The notes beneath the pieces were generated by a model. It did not search any database. It had not been told where the DNA came from and saw nothing but the letters and a program-made list of their open reading frames with translations. From an uncultured virus (IMG/VR IMGVR_UViG_3300025501_000001) (Duplodnaviria; Heunggongvirae; Uroviricota; Caudoviricetes): a stretch of DNA of 64,000 bases. The stretch lies in the IMG/VR virus record IMGVR_UViG_3300025501_000001; one strand, given 5' to 3'. Both the position numbers and the translations under genes were made by a program. Shown here piece after piece: positions 55,766 to 64,000 of this stretch; positions within the stretch are counted from its first letter, which is position 1; each line of letters starts with the position of its first letter.

Positions 55766-58700
55766 AGATCATAGTCGTCAAGAACCCCCTCAAGCCGACC
55801 GATCGCGCGAGCCGCTACGAGGACGTGATAGAGCTCGACCGGCCCGCCATGACCCTTGCCGACTTCATGACGGACCTTTTTCACAACGTCGAGACTGAAT
55901 TCCTGGCCTCCGTCAACGGGCGCCCGCCGGTGCCCATGGAGAAGCGCGGCGACGTTTGGGTGAAGGCGGCCGATGAGCTGACCTTCGTCCCGGTCCTCGC
56001 GGGGGGCGGGGGCGACGGGAGCGGCAAGGAGGTCCTCAGGGCGATATCGATGCTTGCCATCGCCCTCGGGGCGTGGTACCTGGCGCCGTACCTGGTGGGG
56101 GCACAGGTCGGCGGTGAAGCTGCGTTCGGCTCCGCGGGCTGGGGTGCAATCTCCGGGTCCACGGCCTTCGCCGCGTCTGCCGTCGCCGCAGGGATCTCCA
56201 TAGTCGGCGGCATGCTTGTCAACGCCCTCCTTCCCCCGCCCACGAAGGACAACTCCAACGCCACCCCCTCCGTCTACACCTGGGGCGCCCCGCCCAACAC
56301 GCAGCAGCAGGGTCTGCCCATTCAATGGGTCTTCGGTACCCTGCGCTACGGCGGCAACATCGTCATGGCCTACCTGGGCCTGGACCCCTGGGGCGAAAAC
56401 CAGCGCTTCAACGTGATCGACTGCTTCGGGGAGGGACCGATAGCGGCCGTCTCGGACATCGAGATAAACGGCCAGCCCATCTCCACCATCGGCGCCTTCG
56501 ATACGGGCGGCAACTTCGTCGGGCTGAACGTGGGCGTGCGCCTGGGATATCTCAACCAGCCCTGCCTCGATTTCGAGGCCACGACCGTCTCCGAGAACCA
56601 GCAGAACATACCGATCACGCACGCGGCCGGTCCCGTCATTTTTACCACCGAAGACAACCAGTTCGTGGGGATCGTCGTTACCCTCACCTGGCCCCAGGGC
56701 TGCTATGCCATCGACAATAGCGACGGCTCGGTCATAGCCGGCGAGGCGGACTACGAGGTGGACTACGCCCCTGTCGGCTCGTCCGACTGGGTATCCGCCA
56801 CGGCCACGCCCGTCTCCACGATCGTTGCCAATTATCGATGGAGCCTTGGCCAGTGGACGGACTTTTCATGTGGTGCTGATAATCCTCAGGGTTGGGTAGA
56901 GGCTGCTGCCGGCTCGTCGAACGGTGCCGACCACTATGAAGGGGAACCCTCCGCTAACCCCTGGGTGGATGGAAACTGGTGGCATTGGTGTTGGGGCGAC
57001 ACCGTGGTGAACGGCGTGGTCCCCTACGCCCGGGCGGTCTGGGCCACCACCCAGGGCTTCTCCATCACTGTTGGTTTCAACGTCCCCGCCCCCAATTACT
57101 ACCAGGTGAGGGTCAGCCGGACAAGCCCCGATGATTCCGGCTATGGCCAGATGACGGCCTTTGTCTGGACCGATGTCCAGCTCAATTACGCGGACGGCTT
57201 CACCCGCCCCGGCCGGGCGCTCCTGGGCCTGAGGGGCCTCACATCGGCCCTTTCCTCCGGCTTCTCGGTCACCGCCCTCGTTAAGGGCAAGCTCGTCCAG
57301 GTCTGGAACGGCTCGGCCTTCGTCACGCAGTATTCCGCCAATAACGCCTGGGTCGCCTTCTTCATCCTGACCCAGCCTATATTCAACGACGATCTGACGG
57401 TCAACAGGTACCGCCTCAGAGACCGCTCGAGCCTTCCTATAGATTCCTGGTACGCCTTCGCCCAATGGTGCGACGACCAGGTCGATAACGGCGCCGGGGG
57501 GCTGCGCCCGCGCTACGAGTACGACGGCGTCATAGACACGCGCCAGTCCTCGTGGGAATGGGCCCTTGCGGTTTGCCAGGAGGCCCAGGGCACGCTTTAT
57601 TATGACGGCCTCGATATCAAGGTCGTCATCGACCAGCCCAAAACCCCCTGCAAGACCTACACCGTCGGCAGCACGACAAAATCGAGCTTCAAGGGGAGTT
57701 TCCTCGCCATAGACCAACGCGCGGGCCAGATCGACTGGCGCTTCCTCAACAGGAACAAGAACTACCAAATGGATACCTTTACGGTCAGGGACGAGACCCT
57801 CGCCCTCAACACGGACAACAAGGTCACCCTCACCCTGAAAGGCACTACGGACCCCGCCCAGGCCGCGGCCTACGGCAATTACCGCCTGCGGTGCAACAAT
57901 TACCTCATCCAGTCGGGGGAGATGGGCCTCGACGTGGAGGCCCTCGTCAATACGCCCGGGGACGTGATCAATATCCAGACGGACATCTCCCAATGGGGAT
58001 ACGGCGGCAGGCTCCTTGCGGCGGACGCGACCCACGTCACCCTCGACCGCACGGTGAATATGCTTCCCGGCGTCTCTTATGAAATTCAGGTCCAGGTCTG
58101 GGACGGCACGCTCGTCACCATGGCCGTTGTCAATAACCCCGGCAGCCAGACCGTCCTTACCATTGCCGGCGCCTTCGTCACGGTCCCCCACGGCATGGAG
58201 ACGGACCCCGAGGGCAACGGCGACGTGTACACCTTCGGTCCCGCAGGCATGAGCGCCAAGCCCTTCATCATCACGGCGATAAAGCCCGGCCAGGAGAACC
58301 GCCGCACGGTCAGCCTCGTCGAATACGTGCCGGACGTATATACCCTGAAGACGATCACGCCCATCAACTATTCGGCCCTGCCGGTGGGCGTCCCATCGGT
58401 CACGAACCTCGCTGCGGTGGAGCGTTTCTCAGGGAGCCCCCAGGGGGCTACTCCAACGATAGGCATTACCTTCGACATACCATCTTCGCGCACCTGGGAT
58501 CACGCGGAGATCTGGTGGCGCAGCAACAAGCAGCCCACCTGGCAGGACGCCGGGTCGACGCGCACCGGTTCCTTCAGCCTCATGAGCATGGTCGTTGGCG
58601 CGACCTATAACATAGCGGTCGTATCCGCGACTGTGAACCAGACCCAACCCTTCTCTGCAGCGCCCCAGGTGTCGATCTATATGGCGCCGCCATTGCCCCC

Positions 58701-59733
58701 CCCGAACGTCACGAACTTCGGCGTGAGCCAGAACGGGAGCATGGTCGTCGCCTCATGGGACGTTTTGGTCGGTTTTAACGTCGCGTCCTACGAGATTCGG
58801 TACAATCCTCGGGGCGACGCTACCTGGGCGGATGGGACGACTGTCACAACGGCCGAGGCGGGTTCGCACCTGGTGAGCGCCAAGGTCGGGCCGGGTGCGT
58901 GGACGTTTATGATCTGCGCCCGGGATATCTGGGGGAATTATAGCGCGATTCCCGCAGCCTGCGACCTTATCATAACCAATCCCAATGTCCTCATGGCCGG
59001 TGGCACGAGCGAAGCGGCGAAGGGATGGCCCGGCCTGTACGCGGATCTCGGGATAGGGGCGCAGTTCGAGCCCGGCACACAGCTTGAGGCGGGGAGCCAG
59101 CTTGAGGGTTTAGTTCCTTTAACCTACGGCTTCGTCCTGCACCCGACAGGCGTCCTGATCCCCAAATCTCAGGGGCTTGCGGTAAATGCCGGATGGGATG
59201 CTTTCAACCTTGCGGCCAACCCAGTCCCATTGTGTGTCTATACGACCCTGGAGTTAGACCTGCCGTTCGATGTCCTCTGCCGCGCCCACGGAGAGATATC
59301 GTCCGCCCTTGTTCCGGGGGCCACTGGAAGCGCCAACCCCCAGCTCCAGATCGAAACAAAGCTCTCGGGGGGTTCATACAAGGGCTTCATCCCTTGGGGC
59401 GTGGGGGACGTGACCTGTCAGGCGGCACTCATGCAGATCGTTTTGGACACCTCGAAGGGCGTGGCCTACATCAAGGATTTTACGCCGACCCTGGATGCGG
59501 AGTTAAGGACGATCCCCTTCATCAATCAAGCGATAGCCATCGGGGGAACCGCCATAACCTATGGCACGCCATTCGTGCTGATGCCCAATGTCCAGGCGAC
59601 CCCCACAGGGTCGGGGTCGGTCCTCGCCGTGATATCGAATGAAACGGAAAGCGGCTGTACCGTCACACTCTACAACCCGGCAACCGGCGCTTCCGTGGCC
59701 GGAAACGCTAACATTACGATCGAAGGAGTTTAA
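55753..59733 (+). CDS. Host-specificity/central fibre protein (lambda gpJ-like, with gpI-like N-terminus)
   Basis: GEGPI, NNAWV, WCDDQV, PGDVI; FN3-like domains. Confidence 0.9.
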   Translation: MAEVKIIVVKNPLKPTDRASRYEDVIELDRPAMTLADFMTDLFHNVETEFLASVNGRPPVPMEKRGDVWVKAADELTFVPVLAGGGGDGSGKEVLRAISMLAIALGAWYLAPYLVGAQVGGEAAFGSAGWGAISGSTAFAASAVAAGISIVGGMLVNALLPPPTKDNSNATPSVYTWGAPPNTQQQGLPIQWVFGTLRYGGNIVMAYLGLDPWGENQRFNVIDCFGEGPIAAVSDIEINGQPISTIGAFDTGGNFVGLNVGVRLGYLNQPCLDFEATTVSENQQNIPITHAAGPVIFTTEDNQFVGIVVTLTWPQGCYAIDNSDGSVIAGEADYEVDYAPVGSSDWVSATATPVSTIVANYRWSLGQWTDFSCGADNPQGWVEAAAGSSNGADHYEGEPSANPWVDGNWWHWCWGDTVVNGVVPYARAVWATTQGFSITVGFNVPAPNYYQVRVSRTSPDDSGYGQMTAFVWTDVQLNYADGFTRPGRALLGLRGLTSALSSGFSVTALVKGKLVQVWNGSAFVTQYSANNAWVAFFILTQPIFNDDLTVNRYRLRDRSSLPIDSWYAFAQWCDDQVDNGAGGLRPRYEYDGVIDTRQSSWEWALAVCQEAQGTLYYDGLDIKVVIDQPKTPCKTYTVGSTTKSSFKGSFLAIDQRAGQIDWRFLNRNKNYQMDTFTVRDETLALNTDNKVTLTLKGTTDPAQAAAYGNYRLRCNNYLIQSGEMGLDVEALVNTPGDVINIQTDISQWGYGGRLLAADATHVTLDRTVNMLPGVSYEIQVQVWDGTLVTMAVVNNPGSQTVLTIAGAFVTVPHGMETDPEGNGDVYTFGPAGMSAKPFIITAIKPGQENRRTVSLVEYVPDVYTLKTITPINYSALPVGVPSVTNLAAVERFSGSPQGATPTIGITFDIPSSRTWDHAEIWWRSNKQPTWQDAGSTRTGSFSLMSMVVGATYNIAVVSATVNQTQPFSAAPQVSIYMAPPLPPPNVTNFGVSQNGSMVVASWDVLVGFNVASYEIRYNPRGDATWADGTTVTTAEAGSHLVSAKVGPGAWTFMICARDIWGNYSAIPAACDLIITNPNVLMAGGTSEAAKGWPGLYADLGIGAQFEPGTQLEAGSQLEGLVPLTYGFVLHPTGVLIPKSQGLAVNAGWDAFNLAANPVPLCVYTTLELDLPFDVLCRAHGEISSALVPGATGSANPQLQIETKLSGGSYKGFIPWGVGDVTCQAALMQIVLDTSKGVAYIKDFTPTLDAELRTIPFINQAIAIGGTAITYGTPFVLMPNVQATPTGSGSVLAVISNETESGCTVTLYNPATGASVAGNANITIEGV

Positions 59734-59735
59734 CC

Positions 59736-61061
59736 ATGAAGATGTTCAAAGTTCAAGGTTCAAAGTTCAAAGTTCAAAGTTCAAGGTTGGGGAAAGAGAG
59801 CTCTATGCTCCATGCTCTATGCTCTATGCTTTTGTTGCTGCTTTTGCTCTCTGCTGCTCTTCCGGGAACCGCCGATGCGCGCGAGATATACTACCGGGCG
59901 GCCGCCACGGGCAACACCTCCAATTCCATGGACAACATAAGCACCACGACCCCCGGTGGTGATGGTCACCTTCTGGCGGACGGGGATGTCTGTAACATTC
60001 TTAACGGTCAGTTATACGTATACCTGATGGTTGCGGCCTCCGGTGCTACGCCCGATCCCCCTTACGTCGTAGAACCAGCCACATCACCCGGAAACATGCG
60101 GTGGATATGGCAGCTTCCGGCTGGGATTACCTACCCCGCTGCGGGGGTGGCCGTCAGCCCCGGCACAGGCGGTCCTTGGAGTGCGTCGCTCACGGTGGGC
60201 ATTGCGGCGAATAACCTCGTGCAGCTGGATGCCTATAACAGGCTCCCGGCCGTAAGCGGGGCCAACCTCACCGGCCTCAACTTCCAGGCAGCGTACAGCA
60301 TCCTCTCTACACTCGGCAACCTCGCTAACGGCGCGGGCTGGCTTTACAACAACGGATCGGGCGGCCTGTCATATTCGACGCCCAGCAGCGTTGCCTATGC
60401 AACCTCGGCGGGATCAGCCAGCTCTGCTTCATATGCAACCTCCACAGGCTCGGCAGGCTCGCTTAACGCCGCCTCCGCCCTCCCAAACGGGACCACGGCA
60501 ACAACCCCATGCTTTGGTCAGTCCGGTGCCCCATGTTATAACGGCGTCGATTTCTCAACTAAGATTGCAACAACATACTGGGTACAGCAGTGGACAGCGG
60601 CAACTTATCAAGCTCTAGGCGGCGGCGACGGAGACTATGCGGACTACCAACCCCTGGCAAAATCCGCAAACCAGGTGCCGAACATAGTTTATGGCAAAGT
60701 CTACTGCGATACCGACCAGGGCGCGCAAATCTGCACAAGCAGGGCGCAAATAGCCGTCATGGGGATAGCTTCGGACATCCACGGACAGGTCGTGGGGCTG
60801 GACCGGAAAGAAGGGGGTGTCCCTCTCGCGGTCGCGGGATGGGTGTTGGCTTACTGTGACCGGCAATATCCCATCGGAACGGTATTAACCAATGATGCGT
60901 CCGGCAATCTGACCGTGATGACCGACGCGGAGAAGGCGGCATATCCCGAAAGGATCGTCGCAACGTATCAAAGACCGGAGCCCCTGCAATATTCGTCAGT
61001 CAGGAACAAAGAGGGGGTCCACGTCCTGGTCGATGGACGAGCCTGGGTCAGGGTGAAATGA
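59736..61061 (+). CDS. Tail fibre-like protein; in-frame element at 59741-59860
   Basis: LVQLDAYNRLPAVSGANLT; GDYADY precedes a possible chaperone domain. Confidence 0.7.
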   Translation: MKMFKVQGSKFKVQSSRLGKESSMLHALCSMLLLLLLLSAALPGTADAREIYYRAAATGNTSNSMDNISTTTPGGDGHLLADGDVCNILNGQLYVYLMVAASGATPDPPYVVEPATSPGNMRWIWQLPAGITYPAAGVAVSPGTGGPWSASLTVGIAANNLVQLDAYNRLPAVSGANLTGLNFQAAYSILSTLGNLANGAGWLYNNGSGGLSYSTPSSVAYATSAGSASSASYATSTGSAGSLNAASALPNGTTATTPCFGQSGAPCYNGVDFSTKIATTYWVQQWTAATYQALGGGDGDYADYQPLAKSANQVPNIVYGKVYCDTDQGAQICTSRAQIAVMGIASDIHGQVVGLDRKEGGVPLAVAGWVLAYCDRQYPIGTVLTNDASGNLTVMTDAEKAAYPERIVATYQRPEPLQYSSVRNKEGVHVLVDGRAWVRVK

Positions 61062-61067
61062 TATGAA

Positions 61068-61180
61068 ATGTTCAAGGTTCAAGGTTCGAGGTTGCCCCTT
61101 TGGGGCGTTCAAGGTTCTATGTTCAATGTTCAAGGTTGAAATCCTCTCTTTCCCCAACCTTGAACCTTGAACCTTGAACA
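61068..61180 (-). repeat. Heptamer element in inverted orientation
   Basis: Pyrimidine loop cctctctttcccc and gttctat/gttcaat variants on the + strand. Confidence 0.85.
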
Positions 61181-61191
61181 AGGAGGTTAAC

Positions 61192-62277
61192 ATGAGCGTA
61201 GCGCAATACATCCAAAACGACTGCACCAAAATGTCTCCGGGAGCGGAGTATATGGCGGCCCTCGACGGCAACACGCAGGTTCTGGCCCAGATCGGCCGGG
61301 CCTTCGCGCCGCATCAGAACAGCCCGGCAGCGATGAATATTCAAGTCGATGCGGGGAGCCTCATCAATACTGCAACGGGGGCAGTCGTCAGCCAGGCGGT
61401 GCAGACATCGGGGACGATCACGGCACCATCGTCGCATCCGAGGATCGATCTCGCCGTGGTCAATGCGATTACAGGAGTCCTCTCAGTCGTCACAGGCACG
61501 GAGGCATCAAGCCCCGTGGCCCCTGCATGCCCGGTGGGTTCGATCCCCCTGGCGCAAATCGCCCTTGCCGTGGGGCAGACAAGCATCGTTAATACCAACC
61601 TGACGGACGTCCGGACCTTCCTCGCCGTCCCTCCGCCTTTCGCGCGGACCCGCCAGGTCTTCGGGAGCGGCAACGGCACATACACGGCGCCTGCCGGGGT
61701 CAAATACATCGTCGTCAGGATGATAGGCGGTGGGGGCGGCGGCGCAGGAAGCGGATCGGCGGGAGCCGGAAACGGAGGAACAGGTGGAAATACTACCTTT
61801 GGCACAACCCTTTTAGCCGCTAATGGGGGGAGCGGGGCGAATTCGGGCGGACCCGGCCATGGGGGAGCGGGCGGCTCGGCTTCCCTGGGAAGTGGGCCAA
61901 CAGGAATAGCATTGACTGGCGGGTATGGTTGCCCTGCGGTAATAACTATTAATTCCACCTCTGTTTCTGGCGGAAACGGTGCATCCACTCCTTTCGGGGG
62001 TTCGGGAGGGGGCGGGGGCTTTACGGCGAATGGGATTGCTGGAGTGTCCAATACAGGTGCTGGAGGAGGAGGAGGGGGAACGGGGAATGACAGCGCTGTG
62101 ATTTCCGGCGGTGGTGGGGGTGCAGGTGGCTTCATTGACGCCCTAATTACAGCACCAGCCGCCAGCTATTCTTATGCGGTCGGAGCAGCCGGGTCTGCGG
62201 GTTCAGCGGGCACAGCAGGAAATGCGGGCGGCGCAGGCGGATCGGGCATCATCATAGTGGATGAGTTCTACAACTGA
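61192..62277 (+). CDS. Glycine-rich tail fibre protein
   Basis: PRIDL; YTAPAGVKYIVVRMIGGGGGG; GGSGIIIVDE. Confidence 0.8.
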   Translation: MSVAQYIQNDCTKMSPGAEYMAALDGNTQVLAQIGRAFAPHQNSPAAMNIQVDAGSLINTATGAVVSQAVQTSGTITAPSSHPRIDLAVVNAITGVLSVVTGTEASSPVAPACPVGSIPLAQIALAVGQTSIVNTNLTDVRTFLAVPPPFARTRQVFGSGNGTYTAPAGVKYIVVRMIGGGGGGAGSGSAGAGNGGTGGNTTFGTTLLAANGGSGANSGGPGHGGAGGSASLGSGPTGIALTGGYGCPAVITINSTSVSGGNGASTPFGGSGGGGGFTANGIAGVSNTGAGGGGGGTGNDSAVISGGGGGAGGFIDALITAPAASYSYAVGAAGSAGSAGTAGNAGGAGGSGIIIVDEFYN

Positions 62278-62887
62278 AAGGGGATTTTCGGATATGAACG
62301 TAGAACCAGCGGGACCCATAATCGGGGAAATCGATGGGGGCGGAAACCCAGGCGATCCGGCCTTCCGCTTTCCGGACCGTCGCCTCTATCATTCCGAGAT
62401 TGCGGCATACGCCACCGCCCTGCTGGTGCTCAAGGCTTTCATTGTAGGCATCGTCGGTGACGCCATTGGGGTGGTCGGCAAATTGAAGCGCGAAAAGGCC
62501 GCCCTTCTTGAGGGAGCGAAGCACATGGCGAATCTGCCTTTCAAGGTCGGCATTGCTCATGTGCTGTGTGACAAGGTGGGAAATTGCAAGGTCAAAGCGG
62601 CCCGCAGGAAGGTCGGCAGGGTCGAGCCACCCCCGTTTGATCGATCCTTTTACCCTTTCCAAGGCTGCGCGTGTGATGTCCAGGGCGTAGACTCTGCATC
62701 CTATCTTTCTCAACTGCCGAACGTCCTCGCCGCCTCCAACGCCGATCTCCAAAATGCGTTTCCACCGGTGCACCCGATCTACAATATTCATGGCCTCCCA
62801 GAGAGAAGGGCCGCCGTAGTTGGAAACAAAGAAAGAGCCCGGCGTGTTGTGGCAGATCTCCCACCACTGTTCAATTGTCTGCACCAA
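62252..62887 (-). CDS. Class I SAM-dependent methyltransferase
   Basis: ILEIGVGGG, ALDI, LVTQH, LKKGG. Confidence 0.8.
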   Translation of the reverse strand: MVQTIEQWWEICHNTPGSFFVSNYGGPSLWEAMNIVDRVHRWKRILEIGVGGGEDVRQLRKIGCRVYALDITRAALERVKGSIKRGWLDPADLPAGRFDLAISHLVTQHMSNADLERQIRHVLRSLKKGGLFALQFADHPNGVTDDAYNESLEHQQGGGVCRNLGMIEATVRKAEGRIAWVSAPIDFPDYGSRWFYVHIRKSPFSCRTHPL

Positions 62888-63053
62888 TCCATTCTACCAT
62901 CGCATGGGGCGATGTCAAGATTGAGGCGATACGATGAGAAGGAAATAAGGACGCGCGGCCAGGCGGTGTGGATGCCGCTTTCGGGAACTACCCTAATGCC
63001 GCTCTTACAGAATGGAACGCCCGAGTAACAAAAAGTCAAGGAGATAAAACTTT

Positions 63054-63302
63054 TTAGCGCGGCAACTGGATGAAGCCTGCGCCGCCCTTCCATCGGGGCT
63101 CCTCTTTTGCGGGCTCCGGCTCGGTCTGCTCGGCCATTGGGGCGATCCGGCCGCCGATCCTCCGGAGCTCCTCGAGCATCGCCCTTTGAGTTTCGATCAG
63201 GACATTGACCTTCCAGTACCAGAGCATCACCGATCGCAGGACGAGGAAAATAAGCAGGGCTATCAAAAAGGTCAGGACCAGGTCACTAAGCATCGCCTTC
63301 AC
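63054..63302 (-). CDS. Small membrane protein
   Basis: LIFLVLRSVMLWYWKVN. Confidence 0.65.
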   Translation of the reverse strand: MKAMLSDLVLTFLIALLIFLVLRSVMLWYWKVNVLIETQRAMLEELRRIGGRIAPMAEQTEPEPAKEEPRWKGGAGFIQLPR

Positions 63303-63425
63303 CCCCTTTAACTCAACGACCCGCGTAGCGGGTGCCCCGAAACTTAAAACTCAACACTGTCTTTCTTCGTTATGTACTCCAATGCGCGATGAAATGCAAC
63401 AATATTCTGCGGCAATGCCGGAGGG

Positions 63426-63694
63426 GCAGAGAGCAGGGAGCAGGGAGCAGAGAACAGCAGAGAGCATGGAGCCCGCGCCTGCGGCGCTCCGGAGGATAGA
63501 GATGTTCAAGGTTCAAGGTTCGAAGTTCGAAGTTTTAAAAAGGCGGGGTTTTAACCTTGAACTTTGAACCCTGAACCTTGAACATCTCTGAACCCTGAAC
63601 CTTGAACATCCCTCATCCCTGAACCCTGAATCTTGAACTTTGAACATCCCTATAGTAAAATGAACCTTGAACTTTGAACATTGAACCTTGAACA
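63426..63694 (+). repeat. Heptamer element with expanded right arms
   Basis: AGCA arm, GTTC arm, many (c/t)tgaac units. Confidence 0.9.
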
Positions 63695-63718
63695 TTCTTC
63701 CGAACGGGGAGCAAGAGC

Positions 63719-64000
63719 ATGTCCGTCCACGTGGAGTGTCCCGGCTGCCGGCAAAAGAACAGCCTCAGGAATAAGCGGTGCACCTGCGGCAGGGACCTGG
63801 ACAGGGCGAAGAGGGCAGGGCGCATCAGGTATTGGATCCATTACCGGATACCGGTCGAACGCCCGGACGGCGCGATAGAGATGCGTCAGCGATGTGAGCT
63901 GGCGGCTCGTTCCCTGCCGGAGGCCCGCGACGTCGAGGCCGAGCGCCGGCTCCAGAAACGGGAAAATGGGGTCTTCAAGGTCCTCCCCTTCCTCCCCTCC
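63719..64000 (+). CDS. Probable tyrosine integrase N-terminus (runs off window)
   Basis: MSVHVECPGCRQKNSLRNKRCTCG..YWIHYR..EARDVEAERRLQKRE resembles Zn-ribbon/arm-binding integrase N-termini. Confidence 0.6.
   Translation, partial: MSVHVECPGCRQKNSLRNKRCTCGRDLDRAKRAGRIRYWIHYRIPVERPDGAIEMRQRCELAARSLPEARDVEAERRLQKRENGVFKVLPFLPS

Noticed and set aside
1661..58191. Long minus-strand and alternate-frame ORFs (e.g. 2412..3836, 20490..21962, 39673..41184, 56866..58191)
   Set aside because: Shadows of high-GC coding genes with no motifs.
59736..62277. Diversity-generating retroelement acting on tail fibres
   Set aside because: No reverse transcriptase and no TR/VR pair with adenine-specific differences seen.
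62261..63028. Plus-strand 255-aa ORF
   Set aside because: Antisense to the methyltransferase, which has clear SAM-binding motifs.
303..63694. Repeats as CRISPR arrays
   Set aside because: No constant repeat with unique spacers and no cas genes; units are dispersed 7-mers.
303..63694. Repeats as IS ends or integron attC sites
   Set aside because: No transposase; arm number varies; flanked genes are core phage genes.

Overview
The window is most of a temperate siphovirus-like (pro)phage with high GC content. It runs: DNA modification and replication genes (MTase, radical SAM, primase-helicase, iteron cluster), a XerC/D-like recombinase with a Mor-type activator, then the late region (terminase, portal-MuF, protease, capsid, lysis, tail). 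A ~13 kb accessory block splits the tail operon, and an integrase begins at the right edge. The most striking unexplained feature is ~30 modular quasi-palindromic elements built from two 7-nt tandem repeat families (GTTCNNN/NNNGAAC and AGCANNN/NNNTGCT). They sit at many late-gene junctions and in-frame inside essential genes, often keep an open frame that links the upstream stop to the downstream start, and in one case enclose a whole gene. Also seen: a second in-frame hairpin family, two C4-like antisense RNAs (one matching an RBS ~10 kb away), three copies of a late promoter, a tail-chaperone -1 frameshift and a possible capsid-modification cassette. All protein calls come from motif recognition and synteny only. 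Repeat coordinates are approximate.
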